Source of the DNA: Salpingoeca rosetta
Taxonomy: Eukaryota; Protista; Choanoflagellata
Reading direction: 5' to 3'
DNA length: 45,737 bases
Assembly: GCA_033442325.1 (NCBI GenBank)
Contig: JAWQFM010000009.1
Coordinates: 566,817-612,553 of the forward strand
A model generated the notes under the pieces. That model was not told where the DNA came from. It saw only the letters and a program-made list of their open reading frames with translations, and made no database searches. The number at the start of each line of letters is the position of its first letter. Positions within the stretch are counted from its first letter, which is position 1. Shown here piece by piece: positions 17,880 to 30,580 of this stretch. A program made the translations under genes and the position numbers.

Positions 17880-19340
17880 ACGAACCACGCACACCACAAA
17901 ACCAAACAGACTTGTTACGGTATAGAAACTGGACCCAGTGGTTTTTTTGAAGTTCCCCCCCAAAAGAGACGAAAGTGTCGGCGAATAGCTTGGCGGAAAC
18001 CCGGCCCCATAGGGAATACAGCCGCTGCTNNNNNNNNNNNNNNNNNNNNNNNNNNNNNNNNNNNNNNNNNNNNNNNNNNNNNNNNNNNNNNNNNNNNNNN
18101 NNNNNNNNNNNNNNNNNNNNNNNNNNNNNTATAAAGTTGTGTTGTATAAGTTGTTGTGTAAAAGTTGTTGTTGTGTATAAGTTGTTGTGATAAGTTGTGT
18201 TGTATAAGTTGTTGTGTTGTTGTGTGTATAAGTTGTTGTTGTATAAGTTGTTGTTTAAGTTGTTGTTTTAAGTGTTGTATAAGTTGTTGTTGTTGTTGTG
18301 TTGTATAAGTTGTTGTTGTTGTTGTTGTTGTTGTTGTTGCATGGGATCACTGCCCCAGCAGCGCAGGGTAAGAGCAAGCTTCCAAAAGAAGAAACTGCTC
18401 GCCACATTGCACCACCATCACTACCATCACCACCATCGTGTGTATGTCGCGCATGCAACTTAACGCCATTGACCACAAAACAACACCGCCCAAACAACAA
18501 CGACGACAGGTGCAGCAGCGACAGCGACTACGGCGGTACAGTACCAGTGTGCATGAGGATGCCATTGCGGACGTTGGGGATGAGGAACTTGGCGTTGCCC
18601 TTGAGGCCCATGACAGCGCGGTTAACTGGGTAGGGCCCGTAGAGACGGGGCACGGGCTCCGGGCTGTTGAGATCAAACTCCATCAGGCCCGTCGGGGTGT
18701 TGCCGTCGGAAGCGAAGCTGGTCAGGCCGTCATCGGAGTTGTTGAAGTCCGGCCAGGGCTTCTCGCAGTCGCATGCGTCCCAGCCGTGCAGACGCGCGGG
18801 GAATGTGAACAAGAGCGTGCCGTTGCCGGCGTACAGCTTTCCAATTGACTCGATGCTGCGGTTGCGATGCACGTCAATGACCACCTTGTACTTGTACCCT
18901 TGCGACTCAGCCGTTTTGCCGTCATCCACATAGTGGTCGCGCGTGAGCTTGTTCATGACAAACTTGGCGGTCCCAAGGTTCATCTCGCCAGTCACTTCGA
19001 GCTTGTTGTTGCGCTGCAGTGTGCGCGTGGCATCGACGGTGGCCGTGTCAAACTTGTTGTTGATGGGGAAGGTCAGGTTCAGTGCACGGAACACCAGAAA
19101 CTGGTAGATGCCCACGTCGTTGCCACTGTCGCCCTTCTTGAGGGAGCGAGAGAACGGCGGCGGGTAGTCTGATGCAGCCACATGCACGCCCTGTGCGTGG
19201 TGCAGCAGCGCAGCCGTGTTCACGCGTGCAGACACGGGCGCAGCAGCTGCACTGCTGCCACACGCCACCGCCACAACAACAGCAACAGCGACGGCTGCTG
19301 CCACGATCGCAGCAGAGAAGCCTGATGCTCGCATCGTCAT
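17880..19340 (-). CDS. Secreted peptidoglycan-binding (PG_binding_1-like) plus YkuD/L,D-transpeptidase-like protein, copy 1; 3' exon broken by a gap and low-quality sequence, end approximate
   Basis: Exon 19340-18545 encodes a signal peptide, LKKGDSGNDV...FDTATVDATRTLQRNNKLEVTG (PG-binding), GNTPTG and GILMHTG. At the gap edge (18029 downward) the minus strand reads SSGCI, matching the YkuD HxG...SxGC catalytic motif. Confidence 0.75.
18030..18129. other. Assembly gap (100 N)
   Basis: Run of N, flanked by homopolymer-rich sequence that looks low-quality. Confidence 1.
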
Positions 19341-19410
19341 CGTCGCTGTCGTGGGAACAATCCAAGTTCGGAGAAATGGCGAATGATTTCAACTACTTTT
19401 CGGCGCAACC

Positions 19411-19709
19411 ATGGCTGAGAGGACAACAACAACAAGGAACGCCGGTGGTGGTGGTGGAGAGGAAGATGCGCTGGCATACCTGCAGCGGCATTGTGTGCAG
19501 GAACGGCTGTCTGCGGCGCTGTTGGCAGCTGCAAGTGAGACCATCTCGTTCGGAACGCCGCCCATGACTGCCGTTGCAAACGCCCTCAACAGCAGTGAGT
19601 GTATGAACCTTGTATATGTCTGTAGCTTTGTGTGTGTGTGTTGTGATAGTGTGCGAGGTTTGTGAGAGAGCTTTGTGTGTATCCGTGTGTGCGCGGTGTG
19701 TGAGAGAGC

Positions 19710-19774
<65 letters not shown>

Positions 19775-20508
19775 ATTTATTTCTCTGTGGTGTGTGTGAA
19801 TGTGCGTGCTCTCCTGATCCTCCTGTCTGCCTGTGTCTGTGCATGTACCTGCGTATGTATGCATGACGGTCATCGCACGCTTGGCATTAGGTTGCTTCGT
19901 CTCACCCTTGTGCTGACAGACAAACCACAGGATCTGTTCACGTACCGCACCCTGGCCACGAACGCAAAGAGCAGAGTGAGGTTCTTGCAGCTCTTCAATG
20001 CCATGTGCAGAGACTTGCATCCAACCAACCCTGCACTAACTGGCACGGAGTATCTTCAGCTCCTTCGCCTCATCTGCCCTGTAAGCTACAAATTTGTTCC
20101 GAATATCATTGCCCAATGAGGTGGTGAACTGCGTTGCTGAATGCTTCATTGCTTGGGCACCTGACATGCCCTCAACTGCTCGCGCTTTCTGCATCCCCAG
20201 GACTTTCCTTCCTCTGTCATCGAGGACGTCTTGAACATCCTCCTCGTCGAATGTACGTGTGTCTAGCCGGTATGAGTGTGAGAGTGAGCACGACAATGAA
20301 TAAGCGTATGTGCGTGTGTGTGAATGTGCGTGTGTGTGAATGTGCGTGTGTGTATCTCTCTCCCACCTGCTCTTCTCCGCCTGGGTGTGCACTCAGCATC
20401 AGTTGCTCAATTCATGTGCCATCACTCCCTCGCCCTGCAATGCATGCTCCGCGTGCCCAGGCTCCTGGGAGTGTTTCCTAGATGCCAGCGACTTTCCAAA
20501 CGTGTTCA
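19411..20508 (+). CDS. CSTPP1/C11orf49-like protein, partial copy 1 (cut by the gap)
   Basis: Identical to the 5' exons of the gene at 22669-24541. Confidence 0.6.
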
Positions 20509-20575
20509 AAGTGTGTTTGTCTGTGTTTGTCTGTCTGGCTGGCTGTTTGTCTGTTGTGTGCGTGTGTTACGTGTC

Positions 20576-21555
20576 NNNNNNNNNNNNNNNNNNNNNNNNN
20601 NNNNNNNNNNNNNNNNNNNNNNNNNNNNNNNNNNNNNNNNNNNNNNNNNNNNNNNNNNNNNNNNNNNNNNNNNNNNNNNNNNNNNNNNNNNNNNNNNNNN
20701 NNNNNNNNNNNNNNNNNNNNNNNNNNNNNNNNNNNNNNNNNNNNNNNNNNNNNNNNNNNNNNNNNNNNNNNNNNNNNNNNNNNNNNNNNNNNNNNNNNNN
20801 NNNNNNNNNNNNNNNNNNNNNNNNNNNNNNNNNNNNNNNNNNNNNNNNNNNNNNNNNNNNNNNNNNNNNNNNNNNNNNNNNNNNNNNNNNNNNNNNNNNN
20901 NNNNNNNNNNNNNNNNNNNNNNNNNNNNNNNNNNNNNNNNNNNNNNNNNNNNNNNNNNNNNNNNNNNNNNNNNNNNNNNNNNNNNNNNNNNNNNNNNNNN
21001 NNNNNNNNNNNNNNNNNNNNNNNNNNNNNNNNNNNNNNNNNNNNNNNNNNNNNNNNNNNNNNNNNNNNNNNNNNNNNNNNNNNNNNNNNNNNNNNNNNNN
21101 NNNNNNNNNNNNNNNNNNNNNNNNNNNNNNNNNNNNNNNNNNNNNNNNNNNNNNNNNNNNNNNNNNNNNNNNNNNNNNNNNNNNNNNNNNNNNNNNNNNN
21201 NNNNNNNNNNNNNNNNNNNNNNNNNNNNNNNNNNNNNNNNNNNNNNNNNNNNNNNNNNNNNNNNNNNNNNNNNNNNNNNNNNNNNNNNNNNNNNNNNNNN
21301 NNNNNNNNNNNNNNNNNNNNNNNNNNNNNNNNNNNNNNNNNNNNNNNNNNNNNNNNNNNNNNNNNNNNNNNNNNNNNNNNNNNNNNNNNNNNNNNNNNNN
21401 NNNNNNNNNNNNNNNNNNNNNNNNNNNNNNNNNNNNNNNNNNNNNNNNNNNNNNNNNNNNNNNNNNNNNNNNNNNNNNNNNNNNNNNNNNNNNNNNNNNN
21501 NNNNNNNNNNNNNNNNNNNNNNNNNNNNNNNNNNNNNNNNNNNNNNNNNNNNNNN
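20576..21555. other. Assembly gap (980 N)
   Basis: Run of N between the two duplicated blocks. Confidence 1.
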
Positions 21556-21802
21556 TTGTTGTTTAAGTTGTTGTTGTTGTTGTTGTTGTTGTTGTTGCAT
21601 GGGATCACTGCCCCAGCAGCGCAGGGTAAGAGCAAGCTTCCAAAAGAAGAAACTGCTCGCCACATTGCACCACCATCACTACCATCACCACCATCGTGTG
21701 TATGTCGCGCATGCAACTTAACGCCATTGACCACAAAACAACACCGCCCAAACAACAACGACGACAGGTGCAGCAGCGACAGCGACTACGGCGGTACAGT
21801 AC

Positions 21803-22598
21803 CAGTGTGCATGAGGATGCCATTGCGGACGTTGGGGATGAGGAACTTGGCGTTGCCCTTGAGGCCCATGACAGCGCGGTTAACTGGGTAGGGCCCGTAG
21901 AGACGGGGCACGGGCTCCGGGCTGTTGAGATCAAACTCCATCAGGCCCGTCGGGGTGTTGCCGTCGGAAGCGAAGCTGGTCAGGCCGTCATCGGAGTTGT
22001 TGAAGTCCGGCCAGGGCTTCTCGCAGTCGCATGCGTCCCAGCCGTGCAGACGCGCGGGGAATGTGAACAAGAGCGTGCCGTTGCCGGCGTACAGCTTTCC
22101 AATTGACTCGATGCTGCGGTTGCGATGCACGTCAATGACCACCTTGTACTTGTACCCTTGCGACTCAGCCGTTTTGCCGTCATCCACATAGTGGTCGCGC
22201 GTGAGCTTGTTCATGACAAACTTGGCGGTCCCAAGGTTCATCTCGCCAGTCACTTCGAGCTTGTTGTTGCGCTGCAGTGTGCGCGTGGCATCGACGGTGG
22301 CCGTGTCAAACTTGTTGTTGATGGGGAAGGTCAGGTTCAGTGCACGGAACACCAGAAACTGGTAGATGCCCACGTCGTTGCCACTGTCGCCCTTCTTGAG
22401 GGAGCGAGAGAACGGCGGCGGGTAGTCTGATGCAGCCACATGCACGCCCTGTGCGTGGTGCAGCAGCGCAGCCGTGTTCACGCGTGCAGACACGGGCGCA
22501 GCAGCTGCACTGCTGCCACACGCCACCGCCACAACAACAGCAACAGCGACGGCTGCTGCCACGATCGCAGCAGAGAAGCCTGATGCTCGCATCGTCAT
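21803..22598 (-). CDS. PG-binding plus YkuD-like protein, copy 2 (exon 1 only visible)
   Basis: Identical to 18545-19340. The downstream exon would lie in the gap or is absent. Confidence 0.65.
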
Positions 22599-22668
22599 CG
22601 TCGCTGTCGTGGGAACAATCCAAGTTCGGAGAAATGGCGAATGATTTCAACTACTTTTCGGCGCAACC

Positions 22669-22967
22669 ATGGCTGAGAGGACAACAACAACAAGGAACGC
22701 CGGTGGTGGTGGTGGAGAGGAAGATGCGCTGGCATACCTGCAGCGGCATTGTGTGCAGGAACGGCTGTCTGCGGCGCTGTTGGCAGCTGCAAGTGAGACC
22801 ATCTCGTTCGGAACGCCGCCCATGACTGCCGTTGCAAACGCCCTCAACAGCAGTGAGTGTATGAACCTTGTATATGTCTGTAGCTTTGTGTGTGTGTGTT
22901 GTGATAGTGTGCGAGGTTTGTGAGAGAGCTTTGTGTGTATCCGTGTGTGCGCGGTGTGTGAGAGAGC

Positions 22968-23032
<65 letters not shown>

Positions 23033-24541
23033 ATTTATTTCTCTGTGGTGTGTGTGAATGTGCGTGCTCTCCTGATCCTCCTGTCTGCCTGTGTCTGTGC
23101 ATGTACCTGCGTATGTATGCATGACGGTCATCGCACGCTTGGCATTAGGTTGCTTCGTCTCACCCTTGTGCTGACAGACAAACCACAGGATCTGTTCACG
23201 TACCGCACCCTGGCCACGAACGCAAAGAGCAGAGTGAGGTTCTTGCAGCTCTTCAATGCCATGTGCAGAGACTTGCATCCAACCAACCCTGCACTAACTG
23301 GCACGGAGTATCTTCAGCTCCTTCGCCTCATCTGCCCTGTAAGCTACAAATTTGTTCCGAATATCATTGCCCAATGAGGTGGTGAACTGCGTTGCTGAAT
23401 GCTTCATTGCTTGGGCACCTGACATGCCCTCAACTGCTCGCGCTTTCTGCATCCCCAGGACTTTCCTTCCTCTGTCATCGAGGACGTCTTGAACATCCTC
23501 CTCGTCGAATGTACGTGTGTCTAGCCGGTATGAGTGTGAGAGTGAGCACGACAATGAATAAGCGTATGTGCGTGTGTGTGAATGTGCGTGTGTGTGAATG
23601 TGCGTGTGTGTATCTCTCTCCCACCTGCTCTTCTCCGCCTGGGTGTGCACTCAGCATCAGTTGCTCAATTCATGTGCCATCACTCCCTCGCCCTGCAATG
23701 CATGCTCCGCGTGCCCAGGCTCCTGGGAGTGTTTCCTAGATGCCAGCGACTTTCCAAACGTGTTCAAAGTGTGTTTGTCTGTGTTTGTCTGTCTGGCTGG
23801 CTGTTTGTCTGTTGTGTGCGTGTGTTACGTGTCCCTATCTGTCTGCCTGTGTGTGTGCGTTCCTTCAAGCTGTCTGTAACTTCGAGCTCATGCATCAGCT
23901 ACCCACACGTGTGCACTGCACCCGTACCTGTCTTACGCTCCCCCTTCCGTCACACGTTAGCTGGTGTTCCATTATGACGAGTACACGTCATGGCTCCAAA
24001 CGACAATGGAGGTCAGGCAAGCGGCGCAATCACACACGTGTCTGCTTCCGCACAGCGCCACCGTTTGCATGCATTTTCCACACCAGCTCACGTCGTTTAT
24101 GTTTGCGGGTGTCAGGCGTGGCGCACGTTGCGTGACCACAGTGGCACCGACCTCTCATTCGTACGTGTACGAGATTGTTGTCACACATGTGGTTGGAAGG
24201 AGATGGAGCAAGACACAATGTGGAGTTGCAATGTGGGGTTGAGTTGATTGTGAAGAGAGGGGCCTGTATTCACGCGTGCATGTGGAGATCCAAGCTTGAC
24301 TGTGCCTGCTGTGCAAAGAGCGTTCCGTTCACAGGTCGCGCATGTACACCTGTCTTGCACCACCCACCCACCCCCTCCCCCAACGCAGATGGCGTACGCA
24401 CTGCTCCGCTACATGCCTGCAAGCACGTCAACCCCTGTTGTATCACGGTCCGCCTTTCGTCGTGCGCTGGAACAATCATCCGGTGATGTAGACTCTTTCT
24501 CCGACGCCGCGCTACTGATCTGCAGACACGGCAGCGTCTAA
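22669..24541 (+). CDS. CSTPP1: CSTPP1/C11orf49 (UPF0705)-like centriolar-satellite tubulin polyglutamylase regulator, multi-exon
   Basis: Spliced AYLQRHCV...ALNS, LATNAKSRVRFLQLF, LTGTEYLQLLRLICP|DFPSSVIEDVLNILL, DASDFPNVFK and LVFHYDEY align by eye with human C11orf49 as I recall it (YLAQRHV...NRVSFLRAF...EYHCLLQLLCPDFP...FSDFLFAFQIQFYYSEF). Stop at 24539-24541. Confidence 0.68.
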
Positions 24542-24651
24542 ACCATGCCGTGGAGCGATAATGTGTTTCTGTGTGTGTGTGTGTGTGTGTGTGTGCGTTT
24601 CTGTGTGCGTTTCTGTGTGCGTTCTCTCTTTCTATCTGTGTGTGTGTGTGT

Positions 24652-24709
<58 letters not shown>

Positions 24710-24803
24710 CAATTTTTTTTTTTTTGCTATATGGTAGTAGACATAAAAAACAGCTCATCCATCTCCTAAGATTGTATATCGGGGATTACTTTTTTTTGGT
24801 TAT

Positions 24804-24903
24804 NNNNNNNNNNNNNNNNNNNNNNNNNNNNNNNNNNNNNNNNNNNNNNNNNNNNNNNNNNNNNNNNNNNNNNNNNNNNNNNNNNNNNNNNNNNNNNNNN
24901 NNN
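24804..24903. other. Assembly gap (100 N)
   Basis: Run of N inside a TG microsatellite region. Confidence 1.
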
Positions 24904-24987
<84 letters not shown>

Positions 24988-25492
24988 TCTTCCCCCCCCC
25001 ACCCCACACACACACACTTCGAACGTGCGCCACCTCCTGTCCAGCTGCTTTACCTTCCGCAGACGCCTCCCTCCCCCCTCCTCTCTCCCTCCTCTTTCTC
25101 TCTTCCCTCCCCTCCCCTCCAACAAGCCTCATTAATATGCCACCTGCTTGCTTGCTTGCATGCACGCTTCCGTTGGTGTTGCAACCGAGTCTAATTGAAG
25201 CAACCGATCATTGACCACGTTCACACAACCACAGCGACGGCAGCAAACACAACCATGTCACACATCCATTCACCGCCATTTCAATACAAGCTCCAGCCAA
25301 CACGGAACTGCTACCAAACAACACCACCACACGCGTGCACACGCACTACATACCACACACACACCACTACATGCGTGCACATCTTACACACACACACGCA
25401 CCCATGCGTGTTCACGTGAACGAATGCCTAACCATGGCATCAATCAAGCGAAACGCTGAGAGCAACCCACGCTTCGCTTCGCTGCATCATTA

Positions 25493-26729
25493 TCACCGTG
25501 CACTCTTCACGCGCGCAACAAACTCGGCAATTGCATTGGCCACCATTTCCGCATCGGGAAGGCCCTCCACGTTGCTGTATGACGCAATCGCCACAGGACC
25601 GCCGAGAAGCTCCAGCGCTGCGGACTGAATGTCCTCCCGTGTGACCGCATCTGATGAACGGAGCGGAAAGGGGGGGGGGCAGTAGGGTCGTGGCAGTGGT
25701 ACGCATGGTGGTGCGCATGCGAGTGAGATGGCGAGGGCAGTTGGTGGAACCAAATGGTCAGGGTGAGCAAGAGGAAACGCACAAGGACACTCTAGCAGCA
25801 GCAACGCTCCGAACAACAATGTCACCAACTTCAGCCACTGAAACACCACAACCATTCCCACCACCATCACCACCACGTGCCGTGGTCGCACCAATCTTTG
25901 CGCAGAGCTCCGACACGGGCATGTAGCGTCCGGTGGGGGATGCGAGCTGGCGGGCCATGTTCTCTGCAAACACCGCTGATGACTCCAGCTGCAGCAGCAC
26001 GCGGCTCTTGAGTTGGTTGCGGGCGCGAGCAAGGTCGCTGTCGCTCATGCCAAGGACAGCGTGGAACAGCGACTGGCACAGGAGCGAGATGGTCTTGGAT
26101 GCCTGGTGGGAATGGAGCGTGCAAGGTGGTGAGAACACGTGTGTGTGTGTGTGTATCTGTGTGTCTGAGTGTGTGTGTGTATCTGTGTGTGTCTGCGTCT
26201 GTGTGTCTGTGTCTGTGTCTGTGTCTGTGCCTGTGTTTGCGTGTGTGTTTGATAGCGAACGAATGGCATTTGACCCGATGCAAGCTCGCGGATGGACCAC
26301 AAGCCAACCCCACATACACAAGCCAATCCCACCACCGCCGTCGCCGCCGCCACCACCACCAATTCCACCGCCCCTCACAGCGCACCTGCTCTGGCAGGGC
26401 TGCGCCCTCGATGGCAAAGACACCGGCATCGGAGTACGTGATGTTCTGGGCCTCTGCGCTCTCCATCCAGTGGTAGTTGTTCAGGCAGTTGCGGTACAGC
26501 CACGAGTGCAGACCTTTGCCGGGGCCTGACGGTGGTGGTGAGGAATGGAATAGGGTAGGGTGGAAAACAAATGAAGTGCACGGAGAGAGAGATGAGTGAA
26601 TGGATGCATAAATGAAACAACAGAGGAGACAGGTTCACATTGTAACCACCAATCGTTCTCGATCAACAACAACATAACCGAAAGAAACATCACAGCACAC
26701 GTTCGTGTGTGTCTTTGTGTGTGTGTGTC

Positions 26730-26795
<66 letters not shown>

Positions 26796-29222
26796 TGTCT
26801 GTGTGTGTGTCTGTCTGTGCGTCTGTGTCGGTACCTCCAGCGGAGAAAGCGGAGCCGCCGCCGAGAAGACCCTGCAGTGCAAAGAACTTGAACGACGCAT
26901 CAACGTCCGCCGGGCTCTGCAACGTACACAGCGATTGGTATGGTACAGTGGTCGACGGTTGATGTAGTGATGAGATGGTGCACGAGGCCGCACGTGCATG
27001 CAACCCAGCCGCACACACGCACACACACACAATCACTCACACACACACACACACACACAATCACTCACACACACAATCACTCACACAGTCACACTCACAC
27101 ACACTCACACATACACACACAATCACTCACACACACACACACAATCACTCACACACTCACACACACACACACACACACAACCATCACCACCACCAGTTAC
27201 AGCTGCATCGCTGCTCACCTTGAAACCAATACCGACGTATGCGAGCGGGGACTGCGTGGCCGGATGAATGGGTGCCTCCGTCACGTGCATATGTGCAGAG
27301 CCACCAACAAACTCCGCTGTGGAAAAGTCGAGGATGGACGTGTCTGTTGCTTGCATGTCACCAAAGGCCGCCTCAATGTGCCGGCACAGCACGTCGTGAT
27401 CGATGCCTGTTGCGCCAAACGTCAGCCGGTCCGGCTGCATGCACGCGTTGTAGAATGCACGCACACGCTCTGGTGCGTGGTCAGGGAAAGGAGCGGTGGT
27501 GCATGGTGATGGTGGTGGTGATGAGCACATGTGACAGGAGGGGCTGAGGGCAGTTTGGGAAATTGGGGGTCAGTACGTTTGGGAAGCGTAGAAGCCCCCA
27601 GAACAGCGCTCCATCCCGCATAACAATACTCACACGCACACGCACACACGCAAGCACGCACACGCACACTCACACCACACGCAAGCAAGCACGCACATGC
27701 ACGCTCACGTTACACGCACTCCACGCAAGCACGCACACGCACACACGCAAGCGCGCACACGCACGCTCACGTTACACGCACTCCACGCAAGCACGCACAC
27801 GCACACTGCACACGCTTCCTCTCCTGCTTGCTGTGCAGACCTGGCGTGACGCCGACCACCTCGTCCTTGGTGCACACGGAGCGGTTCCCGATGGTCCTCG
27901 ACGCAAACGCAGCCTGGAACGCGCAGCAGGTGTGGCGCGCGTGTGATGGAAATGTGAGTGTGACGTGACTGTGCGAGCGGGGTGAAGCAGCGAGTATGTC
28001 CTTTCTCGTGAATCTCCCCCAAACGCACACACATGTACCCTGCTCCTCCTTGTTGCTGAAGTTGTCGACCACCACCACTGCCACCACCAGCACGACTGCC
28101 AACTGTCACGAGCGGAGACCTGGAAGAGGAGGTCGTTGAGGAGCGGGCGCGGGTTGTTCTGCAGCATCTCCAGCGCATAGTCGAGCATGTGGAACTGCTC
28201 GGCAACCTGCACAGATACGATAGATGATAGGGGTGGCCGCGGTCGCGGTCGTGATGATGGTCAAGACGTGGGAGGAGAAACATGTGCCCATGGTGCACAA
28301 AACAATGCACACTGGCATTCGCGCACAACACGAGCAGAATACACACACACACACACACAAATACGCACACACTCACACACACACACATACGCACACACTC
28401 ACACACACAAATACGCACACACTCACACACAAATACACACAGGTGATATCCACACCTCGTCGTCGGAGAAGCGCGGGGTGCGCATGGCGTTTGCAAGGAC
28501 GTCGACGACAGCTGGCAGCTGATCCGGGATAAAGTTGATGGAGTGCAAGAGGGAATCCCTGCACACATGAGGCCGAGCAAAGATGTCGGTGAGTACTTGC
28601 CATGAGCAAATGCTGCTTTGTCGGAGACACCGACCGACCCACACACGTGCACGTGTTCTCACAACACCAAAACGCAAACACACATACAGGTTCATAAACA
28701 GCATACGCACTTGTTCATTTGAGAGAGGACGTCGCCGCCAAACGCGTGAATGGCCTCAAGCACCTCGGAGTGTGTCTGCGACTCATTTGACTAAACTCGC
28801 GCACGCAGTCAGTCACAAGAAGCAAAGGGTGAACAAGCATCACACAGTTGCACACACGTGCAAGCACAAACACATCCAACCGCACACGCACGCGCACACG
28901 AACACGCGCGGACGCACACGCACGCGCGCCCAAGCGCACGGACCTTGAATGCAAGGTGTTCCACAAAGTAGCTGCATCCCTTGTAGTCGTCCTTCTCGAA
29001 CCTGGGTCCTAGCTCTGTCAGTGCCGCCAGAGACGCCCAGCCCCTGCCTTGCGGCTGGGAAATGACCTTGATGCCATTGGGCAGGACGGAGGTGAAGATC
29101 TCCGGCTCATATGCTTGCGTAGCCAGTCGCCTGCGTGTGTCAGCGTGCCTGCGAGCTGCAACCGCGCTTCTGCGCGCCACTGCCCTCGCAGCAACGGCAA
29201 CCACACTCGCACCCGTGCTCAT
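25493..29222 (-). CDS. PMPCA: Mitochondrial processing peptidase alpha subunit (M16B family), multi-exon
   Basis: Arg/Ala-rich presequence, [21 protein letters not shown] (HxxEH degenerate, as in alpha subunits), the alpha-specific Gly loop [34 protein letters not shown] and the end VARVKSAR* at 25493. Confidence 0.92.
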
Positions 29223-29916
29223 GACAAATGGTTCTGTATGTGTCAAATGGGTATGCTCGTTGTCGTCCGTTTGTGTAAGTGCACGATTGCAAGCGTTCCT
29301 CTTCTCCTCCTGTCTTCTTCCTCTCCTTCCTTCTACCCTTGTCCTTCTTTCTTCCTTTCACGAAATCACAACCGCCCAAAGCCTTCGATCGCCGCCACTC
29401 TTGCCTGTTGTGTGCACCCACCCACTGCAGCAGCTCACTCTCGCTCGTGGTGTGTGTTGTTGGTGTGTGTGTGTGTGTGTGTACTTGCAGCTTCTTTCCC
29501 TTTGCTTGTTCCCGGAGAATTGACGTTTATCATTCACAAATCGTCACAACTTGGGCAGCAGCAAAGAAGCTACACAACTGCTGCGGCTGGCGCTCTTCCT
29601 TCGTCTTGTTGCTTGTTCTCGTGTGCGGTCATTTCGCCTCTTGTTTCGCCTCCACTCCACTCGCGCCTGTTGTGCCCCTTGTTCTCACTTCTTCCGACGC
29701 AGTCATCGTTGCCCTTGTCTGTCGTGCGCCGGTTTGGTTTGTTGTTTTGTTGTCTTTCTTCGCCACCCACTTTGCATCTTTCCTTCCCACCAACCAGCCA
29801 AAGCAAGCATTTCCAATTGGGAGTTGATGACTCCACCCAAAGTGGTGACTCCGTGTTTGTGGTGAGTTTGCGGTGGCGTGGCTGTTGACACACTTGTGCG
29901 CCTCTGTGAGTTAACG

Positions 29917-29973
<57 letters not shown>

Positions 29974-30580
29974 CTCTGTGAGTTAACGTGTTTGTGTGTG
30001 TGTGTGTGTGTGTTGTGTATATCTTTCTTCTTGTTGTCAACATTTTGTCTCCACCATCCCCACCATCTCTGCCATCCCCCTCACAAATACACACACACAC
30101 ACACACAAATACACACATGCACCACACAAGCTCACATTTTGCATCCCTCTCCCCCTCCCTCTCCTGACTGCAGACGCCCACGACGGCTGCACCGCACTTG
30201 AGAGCTCTTGTGCAAGCCACGCCACCGTGTTGAGGTTTTGGGCCGGTGTGCGGCGCTTTTGCGCTGCAACATCAAGTGCTACAACAAGCGCAACGTCGTC
30301 AGCAGCAACAACAACAGCAACAGCAAATGCGGCTGCTGCTGCCCGGATTTCGCCCACACGCTCCATTCAAAATGCAGCCACGATCCCACCGCCATCAATA
30401 GCGATTGGCTACAGCACGTGTGCGTGTCGCGTCCGCACCCATGCTCGTAGGTTCTCAACGCTTGGCCTTCACAGCAGCACAGCGTCGAGTCGCAACGTGG
30501 CAAGGCAAGCCGCAGGCACATGGCTGGCCACACATCTGCTGCCACGCCATCGGCGCCTGCGCAGCGCCCCACTGCAGACG

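Larger units (their letters stand above)
18306..23833. repeat. Direct duplication of about 2.27 kb (about 18306-20575 and about 21564-23833, offset 3258) flanking a gap
   Basis: All ORFs in the track recur with identical translation at +3258, and I saw no differences by eye. Confidence 0.95.

Noticed and set aside
18130-18340. TTGTATAAGTTG-like repeats as a telomere or special satellite
   Set aside because: They are irregular, abut a gap and grade into a (GTT)n tract, so they are probably low-quality read ends within an intron.
20324-21891. ORFs of 385-469 aa spanning N runs
   Set aside because: They are artefacts of translating through the gap.
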